A stretch of 64,000 bases of DNA from Fimbriosthenelais zetlandica (GCA_977030845.1 OZ365114.1:26536001-26600000), one strand, 5' to 3'; positions 9,692 to 23,302 are shown, numbered from the stretch's first letter. Program-made: numbers and translations. Notes: generated by a model from the sequence alone, not told the origin.

Positions 9692-12600
9692 GCAATGATC
9701 CGCAGTGAATATCCAATTAGTGCATGTATACATCTATGTAGTGATATCCACCAGGATTCATGTAGTCCTGCTCCGGTTTCAGGAAGGCAGGCAGGACAAA
9801 ACAAAGGCCTCTCAAGAAAATCAAACATAGTGCTTTCTTAAGTTCAAATTCCTTTTTTTCTCCGCCCGCCCCATATATTTTAGCTAGGGCATGAGAAACA
9901 CACCATTTAATATGGATGCTCTAATGAATTGATGAGCCTGGTTCAGGCAGCTAGAATTGCCAAACTGACTTTCAGATAATTTTACCTGTAATCAAATAAA
10001 TTAGAGTACTTAGTACAAAGTGGATGCCTCGCAAGCAGAGACATGGCCATCAACTGGTGCAATAAATGAATTATTGCTTGCATCAACTGGACCATGATGG
10101 TCATCATGTGGCATTTCAATAATCCTGGAACATCAAATGTTCCTCATGCAGATCTGTATCATGTATGGGATCTGTATGAATGTATGTGAGTGTTAGAATG
10201 ATACATTCTAACATATTGAATTCTACGTAACCTATAGGCTTAGCCAACAACCTACTTACCCCTTGTCACAACCCATGTATTACGGAGCATATGTAAGCTA
10301 TCTTACCTCCAGTATAGCTCAGAGTAATAAGGTAGCTTCAACATTGTGAAGCTTTCTGACACATTGCTTCATGATCATAAAACATCTGAAGATTTCATGA
10401 ATAATATCTTTTATTCCTCTGGCATTGATATCTATGATATAATACATAACTGTCTTGAATTGAAGTGAATGATATTCTTTATAACAATATGCCTCAGTTT
10501 CCCTGAGGCCAGTGACGTTAGAGAGTTGGTGATAAATTGTTTAGTCTGACAGCAGGAGAGAGGAGGACAATAGGAGAAACTATTTGCCTGATGAAGTCTG
10601 GCAGGTCTTGATTAATCTCTCCATCCCTGCCTATCAAGGGGAAGTCCCTTTTGTTTAGAGCAGTCATGTTTTTGTAGCCCTGGCTGTTGAAGTTTTAAGC
10701 TGAAGAGTTACCAGATCAAAGGTCGTGTATAGATAGGCCTGGTTATCTACCCAAGTGTCTGCTCTCAGTGTAAAATGATAACTTTTTCTGGAGTTCTAGT
10801 TTCAGAGAAAAGACTTCATGGGCTTTCTGGCTTTATGATTCTGAATGTCCTCTATAAATAGCGTCCTTAGATCAAAATTATTGATTAAAAGGTATGAGGC
10901 CATACCTGGTTCATTATATAGGATGATCTCCATATATAATCATACATATAAACGGACGAGAGAGATGGAGAGAACAGGAAGCAAGCTCTGGTGCACTGCA
11001 TGGGTTATACCTCCAGCAGTTGTCCTATGCTCCAAAGCTTCAACCCCACTTGATCAATACCCAATAATCGATCAGTATAGATCACATAGAGCCCCGTGGG
11101 ATTATCGGTATGTATGCTAGCAATGTATAGTAGCTTGCTACATGTACATACATTAGTACATCATATCTTCCTGAGTATCTAGATACCAAACCCTGATTTA
11201 CTTTGATGTTATGAACATTACATGGTACGGCATTGCTAGGAGGTATATTCAAGACATTACCCTTCTTAATCCTCTATGTTTATTATCATCATTATAGCAA
11301 TTAAAATGGAATATCCCTTTTCATTTCAATAAGCAAACTGGAGGCAAAAGAAAGCCAATTTTGATTTTCAGATTTGCTTTTATATGAATACAAGTGATTT
11401 GTTGTTTTAAAGCATGTGATTCTATTGTATCAGAACTTTCATTATTTAAAGTGCAAGAACCTTGGGGAGTTTCAGTCTAATACAAATCACCCATCTGGGG
11501 CGAGGTCAGGGAATATTTGGTAAAAGATTGAATCAAAACACGAGGGACTTTTGTGCGCTGGCAGCCAAGAGGGCCAATTCTCCGAGAGGGTGCGAACCAC
11601 TTCCATACACTGATTCTCTAAATTTCGTTTCATCAATATCGTTAAGGGGACTAGCAGCAATTTTGATATGAATTTACGTAGTTCATTAGTATAAAATTGG
11701 TTCTAGAATGGAGCAAGATATCCATTATAGCCTATCTGTATCTAACAGAGTAGTAGTATAGATGGTGGTTTTGTATAGTGAGACTGGTAGGCAGGTCGGA
11801 CTGGGAGTTGCCATTGACACACAAGAGTAGCGTTTGGGTATTATGACCATGACACACTCAAGTACCCTTGGCTTATGGCATGTCAAACCCAAGCCTTGCC
11901 AGAAGGGACTTGAGTGCTTACCCTCGCAAACCCATTCACCATCTCACCAAATAGCCACTCATTTCCCTGACAATCAAGTGCCTTTTAGGGGTAGGGACAG
12001 TTGATATTTGAGTCGTCAGAATGTTTGTTTCCGCTCCTCTTCTCCTCAGTGTTTAACTACTTGTGCATTTCTTGAATTGCTAATGACTGCGCTCAACGGA
12101 CTTCCATTCAAATACTGCATCGGGATGTATTAGGCCGTTAGATTTTAGCATAATTATTTTAGTCGCATTTAAGGTGTGGTCATGTACAGTATAGAAGTCA
12201 AAGCCTTCATAAAATTCAGAAAGCTTCTGGAACATGAAAAAAAATCACCAGACATGGCTGTGTCTGCAGCTGAATCAACATCATCACACAGTCTGCCTGC
12301 TGGGCCCCCCTCAGACCTTGCTCCATCCTTGGCCAACATAATCTGACAACTTCTTGTAATCTCATTTTTATACACCCGACATAAACAGTCATAAGACATA
12401 TCGGAGATATACAAGCAATGAGATTTTCGGATAAGATCAGGGTTTTTCTTAAAGAAAGTTTAGACTGAGTAGATCAGCTAAAGGTACTGTAGTTCAGGCT
12501 TTCACAGTAAGGAAGTTTAGGTTTATTTTCCAGCTCTGTGCACCCTCCCTGATGGGTACTACTGGCGATAATGACGTGAACTCTGACGTCATTCATCCCA

Positions 12601-14594
12601 TGCAAACAGACCTATTCACGTACATGATTTAATATGGTTGCACAAACACGACTGAAAATGCTTTCAAACTGATAAAAAGATGGCGGGAACCTGCTTTGAG
12701 AGCTGGGAGAGATGGCCTTGAGGAATGGATGGCTGATTATTTTTGTGATGTAAAAGTTGACATGTTTGTACTGCTGGGGTGTGTGTGTTTTTCTGGTCTG
12801 ACCCCTTTGGCTGGTGGGTGCGTGAGGGCAGGGACTGGCTGGGCCAGTCAATAAAATGCAATTACCACGCTGGTATAAATAGCCAAGCAGGCTGCACACA
12901 GGCCCGGCGCATGCTGAGATTAGCCCTGATGGACAGCATACAACTTCATTCCATCATACTCTGCTGCATACAGGATCAGCCGGACAAAAATGATCCCAGA
13001 TCCTCAGATTGTAGCTAAATATAGCTCACACGGGTCAGACCCCGCCTCTCCAGCCAAAAGGGGTCAAACAGGTAATAAATCTGTACTGCAGGACCTCCTG
13101 CCCATGAATCAGTCTTTGTCTCAGACCTTTATCTCTATTTAAACTGCATTCAACCTACTCTCTGATATGCTATGTCTAAAAAATCAGCCTAATTTTGGAA
13201 AATTCCAAACAAAAACTGGCTGGACTGATGGACAACATGCTGGACAACTTCTAGAACTAGAACTTAGAAGGGACAGTATATACCAACTTAATGATATTGC
13301 CAAAGGCCAGTTCATTCATTGTTACATGAAACCAAGAATTGGTATCGCCCATAGAAGAAGCACTTCATTATGACTCTTGTACGGTACGTTAAGATTTCGT
13401 TTGAAGCCTTTGAGGCCGAGATTCGATTAAACTGGAAGTGATCCAAGATAAGGGAAGGAAAACAACTCGGCATGGGGTTATAGATGAAGGTGCCTAACCA
13501 ACTCCACTTCTTATTCCAATTTGATCACAACTAATCATGTATCCATACGTTTCATATGACCGTAGCTCCAACGTTCGTGGACCATCGGGATGGACAAGGA
13601 AAGGGTGCGAGCAAAAGGCGAAAAGAGAAAGAAGATATGTAACAGGAAGAGACCTAAAATAACTTGAAGACTTTGAATAGATGAGCAGAAATAGAAGGGA
13701 ATGTAGAGCCAGGATAAAGGATGTTCTCAGACAGAAGGTTATCTAGTACAGGGCAGAAGAGCGGAAGATGCAGTTCAACAAGAAGAGCAGAAGGAATGAA
13801 AGAATGTTCTCATATTGCGCGCCTCAGCTTGGAGGCTGTCTAATAGCCTCTTGTGGGGCCACTCATTCCTACACAGTAGCACAGTATTAGGAGAACACTC
13901 CATGTGAACAATGCTGCACAATGGGCAGGCAGCCAATGTCCTCAACACAATATTTGTCTCCCTCTCATATCACTACGCACCAACGTGCGAGCACTATATC
14001 ATGCCTGGCGGAAGGATCTCTCTATAGTGTGACAAGGCCGTGAGAAGTGTCTGGCGGAGCGATATATTGGTAATTGAATCATATGAAAATAGTGCGGCAA
14101 TTACTGCTCAATGTACAGAGTATATTTGTAGTCTTGTACCTCAGGTTCACGGACGGAAACCGGCATAATATAGACCCTTTTACTTTTCGCAGAAAATTAT
14201 GTTTTATAGGTACAAATCTGAATTTCTTTAGACTGGATTATGATTGACAGAAAACCAGGATATGACCTTAAACTTTAACCAAGTCAGACGAGATAATTCC
14301 TAGTCTATACTATGACTTGAATTCCTAGAAACGTTTACCATTTCTTGGAATCTAATTCATCTTCTTAAAAAAATGCCATCCTTTAGATGAATCCTAGTAC
14401 ATATGGTTTGTCTTTTACGAATAGAGAACACTACAAAGCAGAGGACTAGTTCTATATCTAATATAATTCCTTCATGTTCAATGTTGTTCATCCAGACTAT
14501 TAGAGAGACATACTGTTATTTTTTACAGCTAAGTTCCTCAGTCATAATAAAGCAATAAAATATCACATTCGTGGTTATAGCTTAAAAAATGTGC

Positions 14595-14790
14595 ACTTAC
14601 TAAACGAGTCAGCCCCCAGTCGGCGAGGGGGCGCCAATAGGTGTATGGGCCGCCGTTGTGGCTCTTACCAGTCGCCCCAAAGATGGCGCCACCGGTACAA
14701 CCCTAGGCGGAAGTTGTGATGCGGCCAGGCAGAAAGGTCGCCGCAAAAGTAGTCCCATTTGTACTTCCACTGATGGCGGAGGCAGTGCAT
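14595..14790. promoter_or_regulatory. CpG-island-like housekeeping-promoter motif cluster
   Basis: CCAAT at 14634-14638, YY1-type AAGATGGCG at 14680-14688 and ETS-type GCGGAAGT at 14707-14714. GC and CpG are high relative to the flanks. Confidence 0.5.
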
Positions 14791-17700
14791 GACCTGAAAT
14801 TAATGTAAAAAAAAGTCCGTTATGTGGTGATAAGACTTGTCAGTGAAGAAGTGTGGGGAGAGTCGTGCATGATATCATTTAAGTACAGAGAATGCCCTCT
14901 CTATACCTATCTTTAGCAGTTAGTTGCAACTTCCCATGCTCTGCCGCAGTATATTTCAGCCTATATTAAGATAATGGTATTCTGGCTAGACATCCATTCA
15001 GACAATCAAAGTCCCCTTTTTCCTGATGAACTTGTCTTTTAGCAAATGGAATTTTAGCAATTCTCTGACCCATCACGGTAGATTTGTAAATGGGAAGGTA
15101 ATGGGATTGATTTCTCTTTCATTCAGCAAATGAATCACATCCATTGACGTTAATCAATCGGTGGAGGTAATGACGGAAGCAAGGAATGCATATTGCTGGG
15201 AATTAACATATTACATACGTAACGTGGTACCATGTGCAGGACTGACACTCATTGAGTTTTGTAATATTGTGTCAGACAGATGTAACCTAATGACAGCCAG
15301 ACATCCACCCTAATGGGCAAAGTTACGTCAAATGTTACAACAGCCCTTAAGTCAGACACGTCTCTCTTAATTTAATTATGGCAGACCCTTCCTGTTGAAT
15401 CTGTCATGGACTGAAAGCAGTACCAGAATTGTAGGAAATCAGAAAAATTAAAAAATCACCCATTTGTGGATGAGGAAATTAAACGTAAAAATTGCAAATG
15501 CCCATGGCCTTGTGCCACAAAAACAAACATTGAGCTCAAAAGCACCTGCAGTCATGTCCTTTAAGGGAAGGGCGATAATAAGGGAAAGTCTCGTATTATC
15601 GCCCATTATCTGGGAGTTTGAAGACATCGATAATCAAGCATCTTTCTTGTTGACAGATGTCCAAATCTTTATTCTTGTCGTTATGATTTGTAACTAGAAC
15701 ATTTCCTGTTTGGAATTTAGATGCATCTTCCTTAACAACTAAGACAACTGTTTGGCATCTGGTTATGATATCATGGCATAAGTGAAGCAGGATTTGGTGC
15801 GAACATTGGCAGTAAACACCATACCTCCCCCACACTAGGTTATAATACAATCAATAGCTGGCACTCCACCAAATTGGCTGATCTCTCAAGATATGTAGTC
15901 CTTTTATACCTAAGTAGTGCTGCATTAACATTTTAATGGAGAATTAATTATAAATTATAAATTTAAAACTCAGTCAAAGGTATTCAGTGTCTTGAGACTT
16001 GTGAGGCAGAATGAAACGTCCTTGCAGATCTTATGGTCATGAATTGGAGCAATGATTTAAACTCTTCGTGAGTACACACAATGGAAATTTGTCATTTGCG
16101 ATACCAAATATAGTTTCCTTTTGGTCCCCACTTTCTTCGCTTTCGGCTAAGTTCTACATGTCGTATACAATAGGCGTAGTAAGCCTGCTTTAGGCTTGCT
16201 TTATATATAGAAACCTCAACCCACAGAAGTCAATCTCACTGACCTCTGGAGTGGTTTCAGACCGATTCCCAAGTGGTTCCTTTCTCTCCCTCTCCCACCC
16301 CCCAATTGTCATGAATTATCTAATACAGCAATCAATGCATCATTGGCTCTCAACAGAGTGCAACGGCATCGATTCTTTGCCTTCGAAGTGTTCTATAAAA
16401 TAACTGAAGTAAACTATGAGCAAAATGGTCAAGAGGTCTCGAGGGTCAGCTCAATAGAATGCTTCGACATGAGCAGTGCTAAGATAATGTAATGATGCAA
16501 GATCTGAATTTAATATGGAAGACTCTTTGATTTTATAAAACATTCATTTCAAGCAAGCAAGAGTTGGAACTGATAGGAGCCAAATGTTTAAAATGAGGTC
16601 CAATAGAACATCAAGGAAGTTTAATGAATTTCACGATTGCTAAATATATCCTCATGATGTATGCGCTTTTCTCTGATCAAATCCAGAAAGAACTGAATTA
16701 TTGTAGAGCCAATTAAAAGAACATTACAAATATGTACGTTTACAGTATAATGTATCTGTGAACTTTCATTAATTCCTGTGCCATATATGAGTCATTCACC
16801 TATTGCACTGAAAAGAAAGCAGGCCATGGTAGTGACACTGAGGAGCGTGTAATAAGTGGCAGGTTCATATTGGGGGTGACATTTATAAGATGTAAGGTGA
16901 GAGAAGACAAGCCTCGGTAATGATCCACGCCGCCTGGCTTGATGACAGACTGACCACTGACACCAGCCTAAATACCTTACTAACCGTCAACTGACGCTCA
17001 CCTCCAATCACCACCCATATATCCTACCTGATTTATAGCTTCCACAATAAGCTCGTGTCAACTACATGCATTAATTCAATACACCCCGCCTTCCATCACA
17101 TTTAAAATTAAACGCTACCTGGGTCACACTTACCTACAGGGTTTGCCTTAGAAGAAAAGTTGTATTTGAAAGGCAATATGGACTTTATGTCATGAGGATT
17201 ATTTTGTCATGAGAATGTATTTATGTCAGCATAAAGTTTACTTAGTGTTTGCATGTGGACAAAACACCTTTATGTGTGTAAAAGTGCCTGGATGGAAGAA
17301 GGTCAATTCTCCAAAGTTGTAGAAGCAACAAAGCTAATCAAGGAAGGAATCAGCAGAAATGTAACACAATAACTGTGGCATGTCCAGCTAAAGGCTAACA
17401 TATCCCATGCTTATCGTGATACCTACATTCTGCCTCGCCCATCATCCAGGCTGTACAATCATATAATCCTCTCCACACTGCCTCATCTGTAGTTGTCAAT
17501 CACTCACCACGCATTATTCCTCTCCCCATATCATCAATGCATAATATATATCTTCAATATACTACTTCTTATCAGGTCTCTTTATATATGCACCAACCAC
17601 TCTATATATCCAGGGTTCAGTATAGGGCCTATCTCCTGGATAGACGGCCGGGATTTTTTCCCTCCAGTATGTAAAGTATTGGCTTAGCTACACCAGGGTA

Positions 17701-17855
17701 TGTTAATGCTTCATGGAAGCAATGACCACTACTCCAGAGAGTGGCATATAGACTTCTATAGGTCTCTGTCTGTCTCTCCAGTGCCTCCCCCTTTCCCCCG
17801 GTACAAGTACTTACACATGAAATAATAACTTACTAACTATTGCTCTGCTTTTCAG

Positions 17856-17863
17856 ACACGCAG
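17856..17863 (+). other. Candidate 8-nt microexon (ACACGCAG)
   Basis: TACTAAC branch point at 17831-17837, then TATTGCTCTGCTTTTCAG| acceptor containing two TGC motifs, 8 nt, then CAG|GTAAGC donor. Confidence 0.4.
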
Positions 17864-20399
17864 GTAAGCACAAATTGAAAGAACGGTCCTGACAAACATG
17901 CAATTTATTCTGCATCAATTTCCATCCTATGTGTTTAGAAAATAATGGTGGATTCACCAAATCTAATGGCCAGGGCTGTATTATCTATTGTTCGTACAGT
18001 AAATGCACTTCAGGCTTTACAGAAATATTCTGTGAGGTTGAGAGGACCGATGAAGTCATCCAACACCATCCTCTCAAGCTCTTTAACCTTACTACAGAAA
18101 TATGACACCACCCTATTAAACAGTACGCTCCTATCTTTCCCAATTCACAACATACGCTGCATGCCAAGCTCTGAATTTGAAAACATGCCTCTCATGCTGT
18201 CTTAGTTTGAATTGACCCCATGTGTAATATTCTCATATGATGTGCCCACAGATTCAACCAAACACTTTTAATCTGCCTACAAAAGGATTTATACCAGATA
18301 CCTCAACATGGATGACACCAAGCTGCTTAACATTAAGGTTAATCCCTTCACCACCGCCTGGGTCTCTCCTTGAAATTCAAGAATTAAGACAAGACAACGG
18401 CGTAGAAAGGCCACTGAGAAGTTGCAGCCACCATGAAGAGACATGTTTGCAGAATAAAAAACTCCTCATTGAATTGACAGATGAGTGTGAGGAATGAATC
18501 ATAATGACAATAAATTAGGGGAAATTTGCATAAGGTGCCTTGTGAAATGATTATTCGTGTAGGCTGTGGTTATTAGATTGATGAGTATTTTTTGTAGGAT
18601 GGTGTCATATTCATTGTAATCGAATTCACAAAACGAGGAACATGCCTGGATATTTCCTTATGTTAACACATTCGAATTTTAGATTTTCTTTTTGCGGCAG
18701 AGAGATATATTTAACTATAGGAGGGCAAGATACTAATGACTATAGCGTGCATGTACCAATTAACCGAAGCTCAAATAATGGAATCTAGACCATGGGTCTG
18801 TTAACAATGGAGCTTAGGGTTCGAAAACCAGCACAATGTGAATGGTGTATATTCTGATGGCGTGCAAACTGAACACATTCCCTGCCTTCAGATGCTATAC
18901 TAGTCCAAATATCCAAAATACAGCAATGGAAAAGTAGGGCAAAAACTACCCGAATTGTACTGCAAACTTCAGGTACCTTTCAATTAGAATAAAAATGGTC
19001 CTTGGGGAAATAGGTGACATCTTGGAACGTGTTTAGTCTGGGGATCTTAACCCCTAATGAAGCTCGCGAAGGCAATTGACACTGTACACCTATATGGGTA
19101 TTCACACTCAAGCTTAAAAGATTTAAACTGATTGAGGTGCCAAGGGAAATTAAAGTAACTCCAGGGTCCCCGAGGTTGTATATCTGACCTCTAGCGGTTC
19201 ATTATAATGGAATAACATGATCTGTAACTATTTCTATTGCGGGATCTATTTTAGGTCATCAAAATCCTCAAGAGATTTAGGCTAGATGTTTGTGATACCT
19301 CAGTGAGACAGCATCAGAGGTCATGACATAACTGAAAAAAAATGTTGAAAGTGACGTTAAGCCCCATACAACCAACTATAGTAGCTCTGAGATGTAAATT
19401 ACCAAGAAGAACCTCCTGGAGCCCAATAGTACTTGACCAATACTAGTAAAATGCCTTACACATGTACCAGAACATTCCATGTATGTATGTGATCACAGTG
19501 GGGCGCCATGTTAATAGATCAGGCTGGTATAATCTTGCCTTCTTCAATCCCTCATTATCGCTCACTGTCTTGATGACTTTCAGACTTCATCACTGGACTG
19601 AGCCATGCAGATAAGCCTTCCCCGGAGGAGATCTTTCATTTCCATGCAATTATTCTACTTGTAAGATAAATTCAGTTTTATTCACACAATTATTCCTGAC
19701 CTAGTATAATCTAAAGGTAGTTTCATGTATTAAACTGTGCCAACCCTGGACTTTCATGATGGGAAGTCAAGAGAGCATCGCGAGGCCAAATAACGGGCAT
19801 ACATCTATTGTCAGGGCCTGTCACCGCTCACTCATTCAACACTTTCCGTGAATAGGAACAATTCTCCGAGGAGAATCCCATCTGAGTTTTTCAATGGAAT
19901 CCAGGAAGTAAAAAATGAAAACTCAAACAAAATCTAAAAAGCAATCCTCTTCGGTGAAGGCAATCTGGGAATCAAATATCACCGCATGCCAGCTGTGGCA
20001 GCGATTCAGATGGCGAATCGCGAAGAGGATCTGAATGAAAAGTGAAGAGAAAAAGGGCAATCCACGGGCAAAAAGAAAAATAATCGATAAAAAAAACACG
20101 GCCATGTTAGAGAGAAAAAATGAGCTCAAACATGAAGTAGCACTGCTGTTAAAACTTGAATATTCATGAGATAAAATAGGCGTTCATAGGCCGGCCTCAG
20201 GGTGTCGTACTAGTTGGATTGTCTGATATCTCTGTCAGTAACACATCTTTGAAGTGGTTTAAAACAAATGTACATTCAATTGTCTCACCTTGAGCTCATT
20301 GAAAAATCAAAGACCATATCATATCACTTCAGTAAGCTCTGTCATTGCCTTGATAAAAGAATAGGCGCATAAGGTGATAGAGATTGCTCTTTCAAGGTG

Positions 20400-20927
20400 A
20401 ATATTGGAGCAAGTCCTTAGAAGGACAAGGAAATATGACAGAGGCTAAAGGCCGACCTGAATCAATAAAGGTGCCTGGATGCCACTTGGACGACGGCAAT
20501 GTTAGAGAAAAACTTGAAAGCTCAGAATAAATTAAATAAACCTCATGCAGGGACATTTGATGGAGGAAGTATGGCGTGTCTGTAAAAGCGGTGTTTGTAC
20601 ATAAATATAGGAGTTCTAACCTAGCTTCATATATAATGCAGAGGTCTGGTAGTATTTGGCAGAGATGGACCAGCAGGGTGGGCAGAGATAGACAGGTGTG
20701 GAAAGTGATGCTGTATACAGAATTATAGTCACTTATATAGAGGTGTGCACAGATGACTCTATACTTGCTAACCTTCAGCTTTGCCAAGCAATTAGGAGTA
20801 AACTCATCCCAAACACCTTTATCTACGCAAAGGTTTCTTGCTTAAAAATAAAGGTCTTCAGCATAGTACTTGTCTGACCTTGTCTTCATGGTACATACAA
20901 TTCTACAGGACAATATTGGAGCAAGTC
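20400..20927. repeat. 16-bp exact direct repeat 512 bp apart
   Basis: AATATTGGAGCAAGTC at 20400-20415 and 20912-20927. The flanks do not align. Confidence 0.5.
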
Positions 20928-21281
20928 TAGATAGAAAAAAGCTTCAGGCTTAATACTTTGGTAAAAGGTTGATCCAGCTTGAAATTGATGTGGTGAATGC
21001 TATGAATAGGGTATGTGTTGTCAGCCTTAACAATGTACACTCAAATGGCAGATGCCAGCATTGACTAATGCTATACCTTATGTATCCAATCCATTGACGT
21101 ATCGAATAGAGAAGCTATACCTAGACCACTCATACAGCTAGCCTTAACTCCAATTCATTCCTACTACTTTTGAATTGCAAGTTTTCAATAAAACAATGGT
21201 AATTCATGATGCTTTATTTAAAACAAATGCCTCAGTTGCCAAGACATATTGGTGTGTTTTCTCCAGGATATCTGGAAGATT

Positions 21282-21312
21282 TGGGGATTTTTGTTTGCAC
21301 TGAAACAGGCCC
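21282..21312 (-). mobile_element. Half copy of the GGGCCYGTTTCA MITE family
   Basis: TGGGGATTTTTGTTTGCACTGAAACAGGCCC aligns to the reverse complement of the left half of the 58441-58514 copy (TGGGAATTTGTTTGCGCTGAAACGGGCCC). Confidence 0.7.
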
Positions 21313-23302
21313 TTTGTCTTAGAAAAATAGTTTGACAGAGGAACAAGATCCAATGCCAGGTGAATTGGGACGTCCTTGAATCCCAGGTGAGAGCTGCCAA
21401 TGTAAACATGCGAATAATGCAGATTATTTTTGCAAGAATCCAAAAGACAAACTATAGGGACGCAAAGAGAGGGTGACGGAGAGAGTAACAGTAACAAAGA
21501 TAGTGAGCAAAGAGCCTTTATCATCTCCCCGTTTCCCTATACTACTTATATGCCCATTCCAAACTATGGTGATCCAAGTAGTGCCATGGTTTCTGACTGA
21601 AGGCTATTTACAAGTATCCAAAGATGGGAGGAAGTGGTATATAGGTAGACATATATGTGTGAGGACAGGTGTAATGGACGCTGTACTTATAGAAGCAGGA
21701 CTCCTCACACATTATTGATGTACACAGTCTGGATGTGAGGTCTAGACATATAGATTACAGTGGGACGCACAGGATTATTCCCTTTGATCCCGTAGTCCTT
21801 CATGCTCCAGGTCTCAATGCTGTGTTCAGGACAATATGTCTGCATGATGGACTGCTAACGTTCACAGTTTTTGTCATGTCATTACATGCATTATGTCATG
21901 GCCATAGATGTATTGCTACATTTGTTTTTATTGGATCGCAGTTCTGTTTTACCTTTTAAAACTGTTTCAAATGCAGCACTCTAGTCAATATTTTACCCCA
22001 ATGCATGCTATATGGTTGTTTAATTGTTTTGCCCAACAGAATAAAAAGTAGCATATATGTAGGTCTACGCTATATTCATTTCAATGGCAACGTTCGCTCC
22101 TTTTGGGGCATCAAGGGGTCTTGTTCCCTGTAGAGCTATTAGACGGCTGCAATATGGAAGTTGAGTAAGCATTTCTCAATTTTTTCAAACTATTTTATAG
22201 GTATTTTGCAGTACTGACGACCATCAATCAATATGTAGGTCTTAGGAGGATGTGATGTTCAAGGGAATGTTTATTACTATTCCATTAACCCTAGAAAGAA
22301 CAATCAAACCAGGAGGTATTTCCATCTGTTATAGTACGAGTTTCTTCTAAGGCAACATGTGGTTTGATAAAGCCTGCCCTGTGGCAATGAATCGGTCTGT
22401 TTGTCCTCATACAAGCTAAAACAATATCTGTCTGTCTCTGTGGATAGATAGAGTTCAATACTGACACAGTACATGTTTACAAGTCAGCTTCAAAACTAAG
22501 TTATTTTTTGAAGTACACAACCAAAGCATATACCTGCCTTTCGGTGACTGATACTTTTAGTTCATAGCAAAATATATCATCCATAGGCATGAAAACAGTC
22601 CTAGCATGCCATGATGAAAGGAAAATCTGATTGGCTGTGCCCAGCCCCCTTCCCAGCAGGCCTACTCCAGGGCTACACCAATTTCAGCTGGACGGGGTGG
22701 GCCATTTACCCATTTCCTGACTCGCCCTTCCCATTTTACCTATTATGCCCCTAGATCAAGAGGCATTTCCCTAGAAAGGTCATTCGTATAATTATGGCTT
22801 TGACTGCATGTAGGAATGGAAGGCATGAATTAGAGACAATCTCAGCTTTTAGTTCTCTCATTACAAGATGGACTGGCTACCCGGCTGCATGTCACTAATA
22901 CTCATACAAACATCAATGTATCATTCGTCATCCAAACAGCAGAGTAAACTATATCAGCCTAATATACTTCATCACTTCCACTTGTCATGACAGTCAATAA
23001 CAGTATTATGCTATTTAGGAATGACATATAAACAGATAGCATTCCTTAAATAACCAATTTCTTCATCAGAATCTGGTCAAACTCTGCTCTAATTTCGATG
23101 ACAGTATCCCGAATATATATCCTCGAGATTATCATCAGATATCTATATGTATTCTATGTTCAGATACAAGCAATCAAACATAGTTTTGATTACTGAGATT
23201 TTTATCTCCAGAAGTCGGGTCCCTATCTTGAGAAAAGTCCCTTCATTCGTGATGAAGCCTGGCACCATTGCCTTGAGTAGCTCACTGGTAGAGCTGCTCT
23301 CC

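Larger units (their letters stand above)
9063..9750. repeat. Degenerate tandem repeat, ~2.5 units of 250-300 bp
   Basis: GAATCACTGCAAGAATCA at 9119 and 9420, with variant GAATCACCACAAGGGTCA at 9670. GCAGCAATTGAYGCRCTTGCAGTTGATGGAATTRTAGAC occurs at ~9367 and ~9610. CAATTCTTGCAAAGTTTCA occurs twice, and CAAYTAGTGTACCAG twice with a variant third. Confidence 0.85.

Noticed and set aside
10191-10213. Perfect hairpin TGTTAGAATG-ATA-CATTCTAACA
   Set aside because: A 10-bp AT-rich stem is expected about once by chance in 64 kb, and there is no supporting context.
13600-13810. Purine-rich stretch that reads like a Lys/Arg/Glu coiled-coil
   Set aside because: All plus frames are interrupted by stops, and it is better explained as low-complexity AG-rich DNA like 6231-6352, 25390-25540 and 44900-45000.
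17128-17160. Minus-strand 13-nt microexon or AG|GTAAGT recursive-like site
   Set aside because: The AAG acceptor is weak, the length is non-3n, and the pyrimidine tract is not adjacent to the AG|GT. This is consistent with chance.
7767-22662. Shared 15-mer CCTTCCCAGCAGGCC at 7767 and 22648, each near a CCAAT box
   Set aside because: About two exact 15-mer matches are expected by chance in this window, and the flanks do not align.
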